DNA from: Bacillota bacterium
GTDB taxonomy: Bacteria > Bacillota > Ch66 > Ch109
Reading direction: 5' to 3'
DNA: 64,000 nucleotides
Assembly (NCBI GenBank): GCA_050952625.1
Contig: JBMNLH010000001.1
Span: forward strand, 1,024,001-1,088,000
Every line of letters starts with the position of its first letter. Positions within the stretch are counted from its first letter, which is position 1. The notes beneath the pieces are model-generated. The model was not told the origin of the DNA. It was given only the letters and a program-made list of their open reading frames with translations, and searched no databases. Made by a program: the position numbers and the translations under genes. This document shows positions 10,488 to 19,553 of this stretch, piece by piece.

Positions 10488-10527
10488 TATTTCATCCGTG
10501 GTCGTGCCTAGCGGGCATGGGCGGTTA
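10488..10527 (-). repeat. Repeat family C copy
   Basis: Reverse complement TAACCGCCCATGCCCGCTAGGCACGACCACGGATGAAATA matches the copy at 38804-38845. Confidence 0.65.
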
Positions 10528-10573
10528 ATAACAAAAATGTCTAAGAAAGCGACAAGAAAACCTATCTATTTTG

Positions 10574-10600
10574 GAAGGATTTGGCTTATGATTGGCGAAT
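10574..10600 (+). promoter_or_regulatory. sigma-H promoter of the spoIIA operon
   Basis: GAAGGATTT-N-GGCGAAT; spoIIA is known to be sigH/Spo0A dependent. Confidence 0.7.
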
Positions 10601-10650
10601 ACATTGATAAATAAACAAGTGGCTGACAATAAAAGTGGGGAGGCGGCGGG

Positions 10651-11001
10651 GTGATTCTGGAATTTAGCTCAGCCCGGGAGATCCTCCTGGTCAGGGTCAA
10701 GGGAGAAATGGATATGGCAACCGCTGGACAAATCCGCCAATCCATTGACAATCGTCTTCAACAAGAAAAAATTCGTTACCTGCTACTAGATCTGTCGGGA
10801 GTGACGTTTATTGATAGTTCGGGAATTGGTGTGATTCTTGGGCGTTACCGTAATCTCAACCGTACCGGAGGGAAAACAGCGATTATTAAACCTCAAGTTG
10901 TGGTAAAAAGAGTATTGGAAACTGCCGGGCTCCAAAAGTTAATTCCTATTTGCGAGAATGAGGGAGAATGTCTTAGGTTGCTTACCGGTGCCAATCATTA
11001 A
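10651..11001 (+). CDS. spoIIAA: Anti-sigma-F antagonist SpoIIAA
   Basis: STAS domain with TFIDSSGIGVILGRY. Confidence 0.95.
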   Translation: MILEFSSAREILLVRVKGEMDMATAGQIRQSIDNRLQQEKIRYLLLDLSGVTFIDSSGIGVILGRYRNLNRTGGKTAIIKPQVVVKRVLETAGLQKLIPICENEGECLRLLTGANH

Positions 11002-11090
11002 AAGATTAAGAAAAAGATTAAGAGAAGTGGGAGTGTTTTGATTAGATAAACTTTTACAGTACTATCTCCGATTAAATAGAAAGGGGTGGA

Positions 11091-11165
11091 GCCCTGGTGT
11101 TAGCGGTCTGAAAGACCACTTTCCTAATAATATGGGGGGCTAACAGGTGAGAAACCAGCCAGGGT
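11091..11165 (+). ncRNA. Candidate multi-helix cis-regulatory RNA occluding the spoIIAB RBS
   Basis: Nested pairings GCCCTGG/CCAGGGT, TGTTAGC/GCTAACA, GGTCT/AGACC, GGT/ACC and CTTTCC/GGGGG; no family recognised. Confidence 0.4.
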
Positions 11166-11173
11166 GAAAAGCA

Positions 11174-11623
11174 GTGACTTTACACAACCGCATGAAACTT
11201 GAGTTTCTCGGTCTGCCGGAGAACGTTTCTTTTTCTCGGGTGGTTGTGGCCACCTTTGCGTCTCAACTCGGTTTTACCCTGGATGATCTAGAGGAAATCA
11301 AGGTGGCAACCTCTGAAGCGGTATCCAATGCGATAATCCATGGTTACCAGAATCAACCAGGAGGGGTGGTCCGCCTTGAGTCATGTCTTGGGAATGACTG
11401 GTTAGAAATTAAGATTGAGGATGATGGGGTAGGGATTGCTAATATTGAGCAAGCGATGCAGCCCGCCTATACGACTTGCAGTGAGAGAATGGGTTTAGGA
11501 TTCTCTTTTATGCAATCATTTATGGATGAAGTGAAGGTGGAATCGACAGTCAACCGTGGTACGCGCATTACTTTAAGAAAATTAGTTAAAGTTAATAACG
11601 CTCATCTAATGAAAGAACACTAG
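11174..11623 (+). CDS. spoIIAB: Anti-sigma-F factor / Ser kinase SpoIIAB
   Basis: SEAVSNAIIHGY, DDGVGI and ERMGLGFSFM GHKL motifs. Confidence 0.95.
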   Translation: MTLHNRMKLEFLGLPENVSFSRVVVATFASQLGFTLDDLEEIKVATSEAVSNAIIHGYQNQPGGVVRLESCLGNDWLEIKIEDDGVGIANIEQAMQPAYTTCSERMGLGFSFMQSFMDEVKVESTVNRGTRITLRKLVKVNNAHLMKEH

Positions 11624-11633
11624 GCGGGGGTGA

Positions 11634-12404
11634 ATGATGAGTACCCGCCTTTCAGAAATGAATCTACCCCGGTTCCCTCGTTTAACCGATGAAGAAGTAT
11701 CTGAATTGCTGCCTCGGGCTCAGGCGGGTGATCGGGAGGCTAGGGAGAAGTTAATAAACTGCAACCTGCGCTTGGTATTTAACATGGTCCAGCGTTTTCA
11801 TCATCGGGGTTATGAGGAGGAAGATTTATTCCAAATTGGGACGATTGGCTTGATTAAGGCCATCGATAAATTTGACACGAGCTTTAATGTCAAGTTTTCT
11901 ACCTATGCTGTTCCCATGATCATCGGTGAAATTCGTCGCTTTTTAAGAGACGATCATTCGGTTAAAGTTGCCCGCTCTTTAAAAGAGATAGCCTTTCGGG
12001 TACCACGAGTTAAGGAAGAATTGATTAAAGCCAAAGGAAGGGAACCGACAATTACCGAAGTGGCTGAGGCTCTTGGATTGCCCAGAGAAGAAGTGGTTGG
12101 TGCTCTGGAAGCTTTACAGCAACCGGCTTCAATTCATGAGACTCTCTACCAGGATGATGGCGATCCAATCTATTTGCTGGATCAGTTAAAAGCGGAGACT
12201 GGACTGGAATCGACGTGGATGGAAAACCTAGCTCTCAAAGAGGTGCTAGCCAAGCTGCCCGAACGGGAGCGAGAAGTTATTCGACTGCGTTTTTTTGAGG
12301 ATAAGACTCAGACTCAGGTCGCCGAGGTCTTAGGCTTATCTCAAGTTCAGATTTCTCGAATTGAACGTCAAGCAATTAATCATATCCGGGAGTTAATGAG
12401 TTAG
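11634..12404 (+). CDS. sigF: RNA polymerase sigma factor F
   Basis: DLFQIGTIGLIKAIDKFD, FSTYAVPMIIGEIRRFLRDD and SQVQISRIE; third gene of spoIIA. Confidence 0.95.
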   Translation: MMSTRLSEMNLPRFPRLTDEEVSELLPRAQAGDREAREKLINCNLRLVFNMVQRFHHRGYEEEDLFQIGTIGLIKAIDKFDTSFNVKFSTYAVPMIIGEIRRFLRDDHSVKVARSLKEIAFRVPRVKEELIKAKGREPTITEVAEALGLPREEVVGALEALQQPASIHETLYQDDGDPIYLLDQLKAETGLESTWMENLALKEVLAKLPEREREVIRLRFFEDKTQTQVAEVLGLSQVQISRIERQAINHIRELMS

Positions 12405-12430
12405 ATCTATATTTACATTAACCAGTGAAT

Positions 12431-12457
12431 AACCGGGCATAAAGCTCGGTTTTTTTG
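12431..12457 (+). terminator. Terminator after sigF
   Basis: AACCGGGC-ATAAA-GCTCGGTT followed by a T run. Confidence 0.75.
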
Positions 12458-12482
12458 TTATGTCAGCCAATTGACTTGAATT

Positions 12483-12512
12483 GCATACATGCCTGACACC
12501 AGGGAAATACTA
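12483..12512 (+). promoter_or_regulatory. Forespore sigma-F/G promoter for dodecin-spoVA
   Basis: GCATA-N15-GGAAATACTA matches the consensus GYWTA-15-GGNNANANTW. Confidence 0.7.
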
Positions 12513-12561
12513 TGAGTCGAGAATAACCAACATTTATTTTAGGTAGTGAAGGAGGTTTATT

Positions 12562-12756
12562 ATGTTTGTAAAAGTAGCGGAATTAGTTGGGGAATCACCA
12601 CATAGTTGGAATGATGCGGTTCAGTCAGCGATAAGAGAAGCATCACGTTCGATCCGTAATATCAGCGGGGTAGAGGTTTACAATTTAACCGCTAATGTTG
12701 ACGGAGGCAAAATAGTTGAATATAAAGCCAATGTGAAGATTGCCTATACAGAATAA
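12562..12756 (+). CDS. Dodecin family protein
   Basis: ELVGESPHSWNDAV...EYKANVKIAY; 64 aa; AAGGAGG RBS. Confidence 0.88.
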   Translation: MFVKVAELVGESPHSWNDAVQSAIREASRSIRNISGVEVYNLTANVDGGKIVEYKANVKIAYTE

Positions 12757-12846
12757 AGGCATATTTAATTCGCTAATTGACTATTGGATATCGGGCACCA
12801 AATAGGTGCCTGTTTAACCTTTTGGCAAGGCAAGGGGGTGTTAGAA

Positions 12847-13428
12847 TTGGCTAACAACTTGAAAGATAAATACAATGCCCTTTTTAACGTCATCCAAAAA
12901 CTAAAGGTGAAGCAGAGTCAAGCCGAACCAGAACTCGCCCAACCGCAAAAGCCTCGATCAATGAATCCAGTAGAGGAACAGGAGTATCAAAAGCAAATTA
13001 ATGAGGAAGCCTACCGGTGGCTGACCGAACAACATAAACCTAAGGCCCCTTGGATGCGCAATACGGTCCTCGCTTTTTTAGTCGGGGGATTGATTTGTAC
13101 CCTGGGACAGATAATCCTTAACTACTTTAAAAGCTTTGGCTTGAGTCTTAAGGAGGCCGGTGCAGCGACCGTCTTTGTGATGGTATTTCTAGGGGCTTTT
13201 TTGACCGGTTTGGGTGTATACGACAAAATTGGCAAGTACGGTGGTGCCGGATCAATTATTCCGATCACGGGGTTTGCTAATTCCATTGTTGCCTCAGCCA
13301 TGGAGTTTAAAAGAGAGGGTTACGTTTACGGATTAGGAGCCCGTCTTTTTACAGTAGCTGGGCCGGTCCTTGTCTTTGGCTTTATTATTTCAGTATTAAT
13401 CGGATTGTTTTACTATTACTTTTCTTGA
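12847..13428 (+). CDS. spoVAC: Stage V sporulation protein AC (with an N-terminal extension)
   Basis: AFLVGGLIC, GAGSIIPITGFANS and EG.V.G.G..LF.VAGPV motifs; TTG at 12847 follows AAGGGGGTG. Confidence 0.93.
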   Translation: MANNLKDKYNALFNVIQKLKVKQSQAEPELAQPQKPRSMNPVEEQEYQKQINEEAYRWLTEQHKPKAPWMRNTVLAFLVGGLICTLGQIILNYFKSFGLSLKEAGAATVFVMVFLGAFLTGLGVYDKIGKYGGAGSIIPITGFANSIVASAMEFKREGYVYGLGARLFTVAGPVLVFGFIISVLIGLFYYYFS

Positions 13429-13441
13429 AGGGAGGGCTGAA

Positions 13442-14464
13442 ATGCTGCCGCAACCAGTTAAAAAGCTAGGCAAACAGACTCTTCAGTTTGCTCAACCCCC
13501 GGTGATACTCTCTTTTTCGTGTATTGTGGGACCAATGGAAGGAAAAGGTCCTTATGGCAAGGCTTTTGATTATGTCTTGGAAGACACGCTGTTCGGTGAG
13601 AAAACCTGGGAGAAGGCTGAAAGTAAGATGCTGCGAGAAGCGATCAAACTTTCAATGCAAAAAGTAAATCTGGCTCCAGCGGATATTGATTTCATGTTAG
13701 CCGGCGACCTGCTCAATCAAATAGTGGCAGCGAACTTCGCCGCCCGCGAGATTACCATACCCTTTCTTGGTTTATATGGTGCTTGCTCGACCATGGTAGA
13801 AGGTCTTGGGGTAGCTTCTATCCTGATTGACGGTGGGTTTGCCCACCGAGTAGTGGTTGGGGCTTCTAGTCACCACAACACAGCTGAGCGTCAATATCGA
13901 TTTCCCACTGAGCAGGGAGTCCAGCGTCCGTTGTGGGCTCAGTGGACGGTGACCGGGGCCGGCGGTGCCTTGCTGGTTAAGGAGGGCTCCGGGCCGGTAA
14001 TAACCCACCTGACGGTGGGCCAAGTGATTGATCTAGGGGCTAAGGATGCCAATGATATGGGTACTTGTATGGCCCCGGCGGCTGCGGATACAATTATTCG
14101 TCATTTTCAGGATTTAGGGCGGCAGCCGGCCGATTATGATCTAATTATTTCTGGGGACCTAGGTTCCGTAGGCTTGAATATTACCAGGGAACTGCTGGAA
14201 ATAGAGGGATTCGTAGCAGAAAACAATTTTACAGACTGTGGGGTAATGATCTATGCTCCAGAACAAGATACCCATGCTGGAGGGAGTGGGTGCGGTTGCT
14301 CAGCGGCAATGGTTTGCGGTCCCATTCTGAGGCGAATGGCTGAAGGAATTTATCGACGAATCCTAATCGTTGGTACTGGAGCGTTATTAAGTCCCCTTAC
14401 CGTAAATCAAGGTGAAAGTGTTCCAGCAATCGCCCATGCGGTGGTTATTGAGGCTCGGCCTTAA
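13442..14464 (+). CDS. spoVAD: Stage V sporulation protein AD
   Basis: AGDLLNQ, GACST, AERQYRFP and GGSGCGCS motifs. Confidence 0.95.
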   Translation: MLPQPVKKLGKQTLQFAQPPVILSFSCIVGPMEGKGPYGKAFDYVLEDTLFGEKTWEKAESKMLREAIKLSMQKVNLAPADIDFMLAGDLLNQIVAANFAAREITIPFLGLYGACSTMVEGLGVASILIDGGFAHRVVVGASSHHNTAERQYRFPTEQGVQRPLWAQWTVTGAGGALLVKEGSGPVITHLTVGQVIDLGAKDANDMGTCMAPAAADTIIRHFQDLGRQPADYDLIISGDLGSVGLNITRELLEIEGFVAENNFTDCGVMIYAPEQDTHAGGSGCGCSAAMVCGPILRRMAEGIYRRILIVGTGALLSPLTVNQGESVPAIAHAVVIEARP

Positions 14465-14619
14465 ACGCTGATCCTCAGCCATTTCCGTTCTCTGATGTAA
14501 ACCGCATAATCACTGACCTTCGTTTAACACGCGGCGCGATCAAGCATGGTCTGATAGTGCGGTCAAGCAGCATGGACGTTTACACTGAAAAACTAAGTGC
14601 TAAGCAGGGGGTATTAATA

Positions 14620-14979
14620 ATGATGTCCTTGGTGGCTGCCTTCGTAGTGGGCGGTGCCTTATGCGCTTTTGGACAATTAATCATGGACCTAACCCGACCG
14701 AGTATTACTCCAGGGCATATTTTAGTCGGTTATGTTACTGTTGGAGCTTTACTAAGTGCGCTTGGTTTATATCAACCTTTGGTTGAATTAGGCGGGGCTG
14801 GAGCAACGATCCCTCTATCCGGCTTCGGCCATAGTCTAGCCCAGGGGACAATTGCTAGTGTGCAGGCGGACGGCTTACTGGGTGCCTTTGGCGGCGGAAT
14901 CCAGGCCACTGCCGTAGGCATTGTGGCTGCCGTAGTTTTTGGCTTTACGATGGCTGTTTTATTTAATCCCAAAGGATAA
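14620..14979 (+). CDS. spoVAE: Stage V sporulation protein AE (SpoVAEb)
   Basis: AFVVGGALC, GAGATIPLSGFG and C-terminal FNPKG. Confidence 0.92.
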   Translation: MMSLVAAFVVGGALCAFGQLIMDLTRPSITPGHILVGYVTVGALLSALGLYQPLVELGGAGATIPLSGFGHSLAQGTIASVQADGLLGAFGGGIQATAVGIVAAVVFGFTMAVLFNPKG

Positions 14980-15050
14980 AAACCGATCAAATTTTTCATG
15001 GTCTGCTAGTGCTGTTAAGCAGCATGGAGACTATATTGGAGGGTTTAAGG

Positions 15051-17213
15051 TTGAGCAACCACAACCGTCCGATACGGGTAATTCTGATCACGGATGGTGA
15101 TGAGACAGCCCGTAAAGCAGTAGAAACAGCGGCAAATAATCTCGGTTTGCGGTGTATTTCTCGTTCTGCCGGTCAGCCCACCCCATTAGAACCTGAGCAA
15201 TTAGTCAAGCTTATTCAGCAGGCAGTGGCCGACCCAGTTGTGGTCATGCTGGATGATGGGGGGAAGCGAGGGGTTGGCCCGGGGGAAAGGGCCTTAAATT
15301 ATTTAATTAAGCACCCGGACATCCAGGTATTAGGGGTACTGGCCGTAGCGGCGAATACGTCTGGAACCCAAGGGACACTGGTTCGTTGTTCAATAGATAA
15401 TCAGAGTCGCCTTATCTCAGGGCCAGTGGATAAAAATGGGCTGCCGGAGAAGACCGGTCATCAATATCTGGAAGGAGACACCGTTGAGATTTTGGCTCAG
15501 CTGGCTGTTGCCAATGTGGTCGGAATTGGTGACCCAGGGAAAATGCATAAACGTGATGATCCAGGGCGGGGGGCACCGGTAACTACCCGGGCACTGTTAG
15601 AAATTCTTAAACCAACGAAACAGGCTGATTCTGCCGGTAAAGGAGGGGTATTTACGGTATCAGAAGCTAATATAAAATTTGGACACCGGTATGAAGATAA
15701 CGTCAGTTTTCTCAAAGAGGAACTGGGCGTAGGAGAAAACTTTGATGCGGTTTGTCGTGAGTTTCGGATTGCCGGTAAGCCGGCAGCTCTTTTCTTCATT
15801 AATGGTTTGGCTAAGGACGGGCCAGCGACCGAGGTAATGAAGCGGTTATTATTGCTGAATCGGGAGGATATCCTGCCCAACACTCTAGATAAACTGCTCG
15901 AAGAGGGCTTGCCGCATTTTCAGGTTCAAGCTGTGGAAACCTTTGATGAGGCCATCGGCAACATCTTGTCTGGTCCCATGGCCTTAGTGGTCGAAGGAAT
16001 ACCGCGAGCGATCATCATTGATGTCCGGCAATATCCAGCTCGACAACCAGAAGAGCCAGACATTGAACGGGTAATCCGGGGTTCACGAGACGGTTTTAGT
16101 GAAACCCTGTTAGTGAATACGGCTTTACTCCGGCGCCGAATTCGTGACCCGAAACTCCGGACCGAAATGATTCAGGTTGGCAAACGGAGTAAATCTGATA
16201 TCTGCCTTTGTTACCTCAAGGATGTCGCTAACCCGGAGCTAGTAGAAATGGTTAAGCACCGTTTAGAAGAGATAAAGATTGACGGGTTACCCATGGCGGA
16301 AAAATCAGTTGAGGAATTGATCACCCCGGGAAGTTATTGGAATCCCTTGCCGCGGGTTCGCTATACGGAGCGACCCGATGTGGCGGCAGTCCATATTTTG
16401 GAAGGTCATGTCGTGGTCATGGTTGACTCTTCACCTAGTGTAATCATTGCTCCAGCTACCTATTTTCACCATCTGCAGCACGCAGAAGAGTACCGGCAAA
16501 GTCCGACTCCGGGAATCTACATTCGCTGGGTGCGTTTTGCCGCGATCCTGACTTCTCTTTTCTTGGGTCCTTTATGGTTGCTGGGTGCTTTACACCCGGA
16601 GATTTTGCCGCCAAGCTTACAGTTTGTTGGACCACAAAAAGTAGGCCCAATCCCTTTATTAATCCAGTTTTTAATCGCTGAAGGGGCGATTGATATGATG
16701 CGCATGGCCGCAATCCATACTCCAACACCTTTAGGAACCGCCTTAGGAATCATTGCCGCGGTACTGGTAGGGGAAGTAGCAGTTGAAATGGGTCTGCTGA
16801 CTAATGAAGTTATTCTTTATACCGCGATTGCTGCAGTAGGTACTTTTGCGACGCCCAGCTTTGAGGTAGCGATGGCCAATCGTTTGATCCGCTTGTTTCT
16901 GATGTTAATGGTCGGTTTCTTTGGCGTAACTGGTTGGTGGGTAGGCCTAACGGTATCCTTTATCCTTCTTGCCTCTACACGTAGTTTCGGAATACCTTAT
17001 TTGTGGCCCCTTGTTCCCTTCAACTGGCAGGGGTTAAGAACAATTTTGGTCCGATCGCCGGTGCCAATTCAAAATGTCCGGCCTAGTATTCTAAGAACCT
17101 TAGATCCGGTTCGGCAAACACCAGTAGCGGCCCGCAAACCCAGAATCCATCAGGTTAAACCGGATAAAGATAAAAGTCCGGCTTCAAAGTCAGGTCGGAG
17201 AACAAAAGAATAG
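15051..17213 (+). CDS. spoVAF: SpoVAEa-SpoVAF fusion (SpoVAE1 domain plus GerA-family spore germination protein)
   Basis: N-terminal VILITDGD...DPVVVMLDD...GPVDK...GDTV...GIGDPGKM (SpoVAEa); C-terminal EPDIERVIRGSRDGF, ERPD and FATPS (SpoVAF); no stop between them. Confidence 0.88.
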   Translation: MSNHNRPIRVILITDGDETARKAVETAANNLGLRCISRSAGQPTPLEPEQLVKLIQQAVADPVVVMLDDGGKRGVGPGERALNYLIKHPDIQVLGVLAVAANTSGTQGTLVRCSIDNQSRLISGPVDKNGLPEKTGHQYLEGDTVEILAQLAVANVVGIGDPGKMHKRDDPGRGAPVTTRALLEILKPTKQADSAGKGGVFTVSEANIKFGHRYEDNVSFLKEELGVGENFDAVCREFRIAGKPAALFFINGLAKDGPATEVMKRLLLLNREDILPNTLDKLLEEGLPHFQVQAVETFDEAIGNILSGPMALVVEGIPRAIIIDVRQYPARQPEEPDIERVIRGSRDGFSETLLVNTALLRRRIRDPKLRTEMIQVGKRSKSDICLCYLKDVANPELVEMVKHRLEEIKIDGLPMAEKSVEELITPGSYWNPLPRVRYTERPDVAAVHILEGHVVVMVDSSPSVIIAPATYFHHLQHAEEYRQSPTPGIYIRWVRFAAILTSLFLGPLWLLGALHPEILPPSLQFVGPQKVGPIPLLIQFLIAEGAIDMMRMAAIHTPTPLGTALGIIAAVLVGEVAVEMGLLTNEVILYTAIAAVGTFATPSFEVAMANRLIRLFLMLMVGFFGVTGWWVGLTVSFILLASTRSFGIPYLWPLVPFNWQGLRTILVRSPVPIQNVRPSILRTLDPVRQTPVAARKPRIHQVKPDKDKSPASKSGRRTKE

Positions 17214-17269
17214 ATGGGTAAAATTGTGTTAATAATACCAAAGAATAGATATTTTAACGCAAGGGGTGT

Positions 17270-18289
17270 ATGGTGGTGGCACCGCGTGTGGGAATTCCTA
17301 GGGCCTTGTTTTATTACTATTTTTATCCTCAATGGGAAACGTACTTTCGGAAGCTAGGAGCGGAGGTGGTTTTGTCATCTCCCACCCATAAAGGGATCTT
17401 GGAAGCCGGGGTACGCCTAGCGGTTGAGGAAGCTTGCCTGCCAGTGAAAATTTTTTACGGTCACGTCCTTGAACTGGCTCCTCAAGTAGATTACCTTTTC
17501 TTGCCTCGTCTGGTTAGTGTTGAACGCAAAAGCTACATTTGTCCAAAATTTATGGGTTTACCGGATATGATTAAATCAAATATAGCCGGCTTACCTTCCA
17601 TAATAGATCTTTGTGTGGATGTCAGCCATGATGATCGCCAGTACCGGCGGGATTTATACCGGGTCGGTCAGCTGTTTACCCGCAATCCTTGGAAGATCCG
17701 CCAGGCCGAAAAAGAGAGCCTGAGGAGCTTAAAGGAGTACCGGTCACTCCTGAGCCAGGGCTATTTGCCGACGGAAGCCCTGGCCCAGATGGCAGACCTG
17801 GAACAGGTTGGTTTAATGGAGAAACAGAATAGTAACACGAATTTTCCCTTGACAATCGGCTTGCTGGGTCACGGTTATACTATTTATGATGATTTCATTA
17901 GTCAACAGGTGATTCGTCGATTAAGGGAATTAGGGGCAAAGGTGGTTACGCCAGATATCTTACCGGAAGCAACTATTGAAGAGCAGGCCCGCCAACTACC
18001 GAAACGAATGTTTTGGAGCCTCGGCAAAAAGATTTTGGGTGGTGCTTTTCATTATTTTAATAACCATCAGGTAGATGGGATTGTGCACTTAGCCTGTTTC
18101 GGCTGTGGACCGGATTCTTTAATAGCAGAACTGGTTGAAATTGAAGCCTATCGGCGAAAAAATCTGCCTTTTATGCTTTTAACCGTTGATGAGCATACTG
18201 GTGAAGCCGGGATGATAACTCGACTAGAAGCCTTTGTGGATATGATTTTACGCCAGCGAAAACAATCCCTCGCTGGGATCGGGGTTTAA
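17270..18289 (+). CDS. Acyl-CoA dehydratase activase-related protein (DUF2229-like)
   Basis: VGIPRAL, EACLPVK, ICPKFMGLPD, FGCGPD and DEHTGEAG..TRLEAF motifs. Confidence 0.8.
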   Translation: MVVAPRVGIPRALFYYYFYPQWETYFRKLGAEVVLSSPTHKGILEAGVRLAVEEACLPVKIFYGHVLELAPQVDYLFLPRLVSVERKSYICPKFMGLPDMIKSNIAGLPSIIDLCVDVSHDDRQYRRDLYRVGQLFTRNPWKIRQAEKESLRSLKEYRSLLSQGYLPTEALAQMADLEQVGLMEKQNSNTNFPLTIGLLGHGYTIYDDFISQQVIRRLRELGAKVVTPDILPEATIEEQARQLPKRMFWSLGKKILGGAFHYFNNHQVDGIVHLACFGCGPDSLIAELVEIEAYRRKNLPFMLLTVDEHTGEAGMITRLEAFVDMILRQRKQSLAGIGV

Positions 18290-18308
18290 TGGTGACAAAG
18301 GAAGTGAG

Positions 18309-19442
18309 ATGAAAAAGACCGTGAGACATCGACGAGTTACTTTTCCGCATATGGGAAATCAAGCTATCGCCATCAAGGCAATGTTAGAGGCGGTGGGACT
18401 AGAGGTTATTGTTCCGCCGCCAATTACTAAACGAACATTAAATCTGGGGATTCAGCATTCACCAGAGTGTGCCTGTCTGCCACTAAAGATTAATCTGGGT
18501 AATTTTTTGGAAGCGTTTGAACTGGGGGCTAATACCATTATTATGGCCGGAGGATGGGGACCTTGTAGATTTGGGTATTATGCCCAGGTGCAACGCGAAA
18601 TTCTGCGTGATTTGGGATATGATTTTGAACTAGTCGTTTTAGAGGCACCGGATAGTCGGCTGTCGGATCTCCTGAGTCAGGTGAAAGACCTAGCCGGGGG
18701 TTGTTCCTGGCGGCAAATAGCCCAGGCGGTACGACTGGGGTGGGAAAAGGTCAAGGCACTGGATGCCCTGGAGATACTTGTGCAAAAACTGCGACCGCGG
18801 GAGGTTAATGCCGGGCAAGTAGAGGCTGTTTACCGTCAGGTATTGAAGGGTATTGAACGAGCCAGTAATCATTCTCAAATAAGAGAAGCATTGACCGAAG
18901 GGAAAAAGCAATTATTAGCTTTGGATTTAGATTGGCAGAAACCAGTGCTGCGGATTGGGCTGCTCGGTGAAATCTATACCGTCCTCGAACCTTTTACTAA
19001 CCTGCATATCGAACGGCATTTAGGTCGTTTGGGCGTGGAGGTCACTCGATCGATTTATCTAAGTCAATGGGTTAATGACCATCTTTTTGGCGGGTTGCTC
19101 TTCCGCATCCCGAGTACTAAGAAATACTGGAAATTATCAGTCCCTTATATCAATTATTGGGTTGGTGGTCATGGTCGGGAGACAATCGGCGGAGCAGTCT
19201 ATTTTGCCCAACAGGGATACGACGGAGTTATTCAAATCGGTCCATTGACCTGTATGCCCGAAATTGTGGCTCAATCGGTCCTGCCGCAGGTAAGCAATGA
19301 ACAACGCATACCGTCCCTAACCTTGTATTTTGATGAACACTCAGGTGAAGCCGGTTTAGTTACCCGGCTCGAAGCCTTCGTTGATCTATTACGGCGAAGG
19401 ACTGATCAAGCGACTAGGGTGCTAACAAACAAGGTCTCATAA
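18309..19442 (+). CDS. 2-hydroxyacyl-CoA dehydratase-related Fe-S protein (CoA protein activase-like)
   Basis: TFPHMG, ACLPLK, GPCRFGYY, TCMPE and DEHSGEAG..TRLEAF motifs. Confidence 0.8.
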   Translation: MKKTVRHRRVTFPHMGNQAIAIKAMLEAVGLEVIVPPPITKRTLNLGIQHSPECACLPLKINLGNFLEAFELGANTIIMAGGWGPCRFGYYAQVQREILRDLGYDFELVVLEAPDSRLSDLLSQVKDLAGGCSWRQIAQAVRLGWEKVKALDALEILVQKLRPREVNAGQVEAVYRQVLKGIERASNHSQIREALTEGKKQLLALDLDWQKPVLRIGLLGEIYTVLEPFTNLHIERHLGRLGVEVTRSIYLSQWVNDHLFGGLLFRIPSTKKYWKLSVPYINYWVGGHGRETIGGAVYFAQQGYDGVIQIGPLTCMPEIVAQSVLPQVSNEQRIPSLTLYFDEHSGEAGLVTRLEAFVDLLRRRTDQATRVLTNKVS

Positions 19443-19553
19443 ATTCTCTCCCACGTTCCCCTATCTGTTTATGCCAGATACTACCGGCTTACTTTTTAGT
19501 TGATTTGGTCTATAATGCCTATGGACAAATAGTTTAAGGACGGGGGAAGATAA

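Noticed and set aside
11105-11156. Hammerhead ribozyme (CTGAAAGA...GAAAC)
   Set aside because: Core is CUGAAAGA rather than CUGANGA and the helices do not fit hammerhead topology; kept only as an unknown structured RNA
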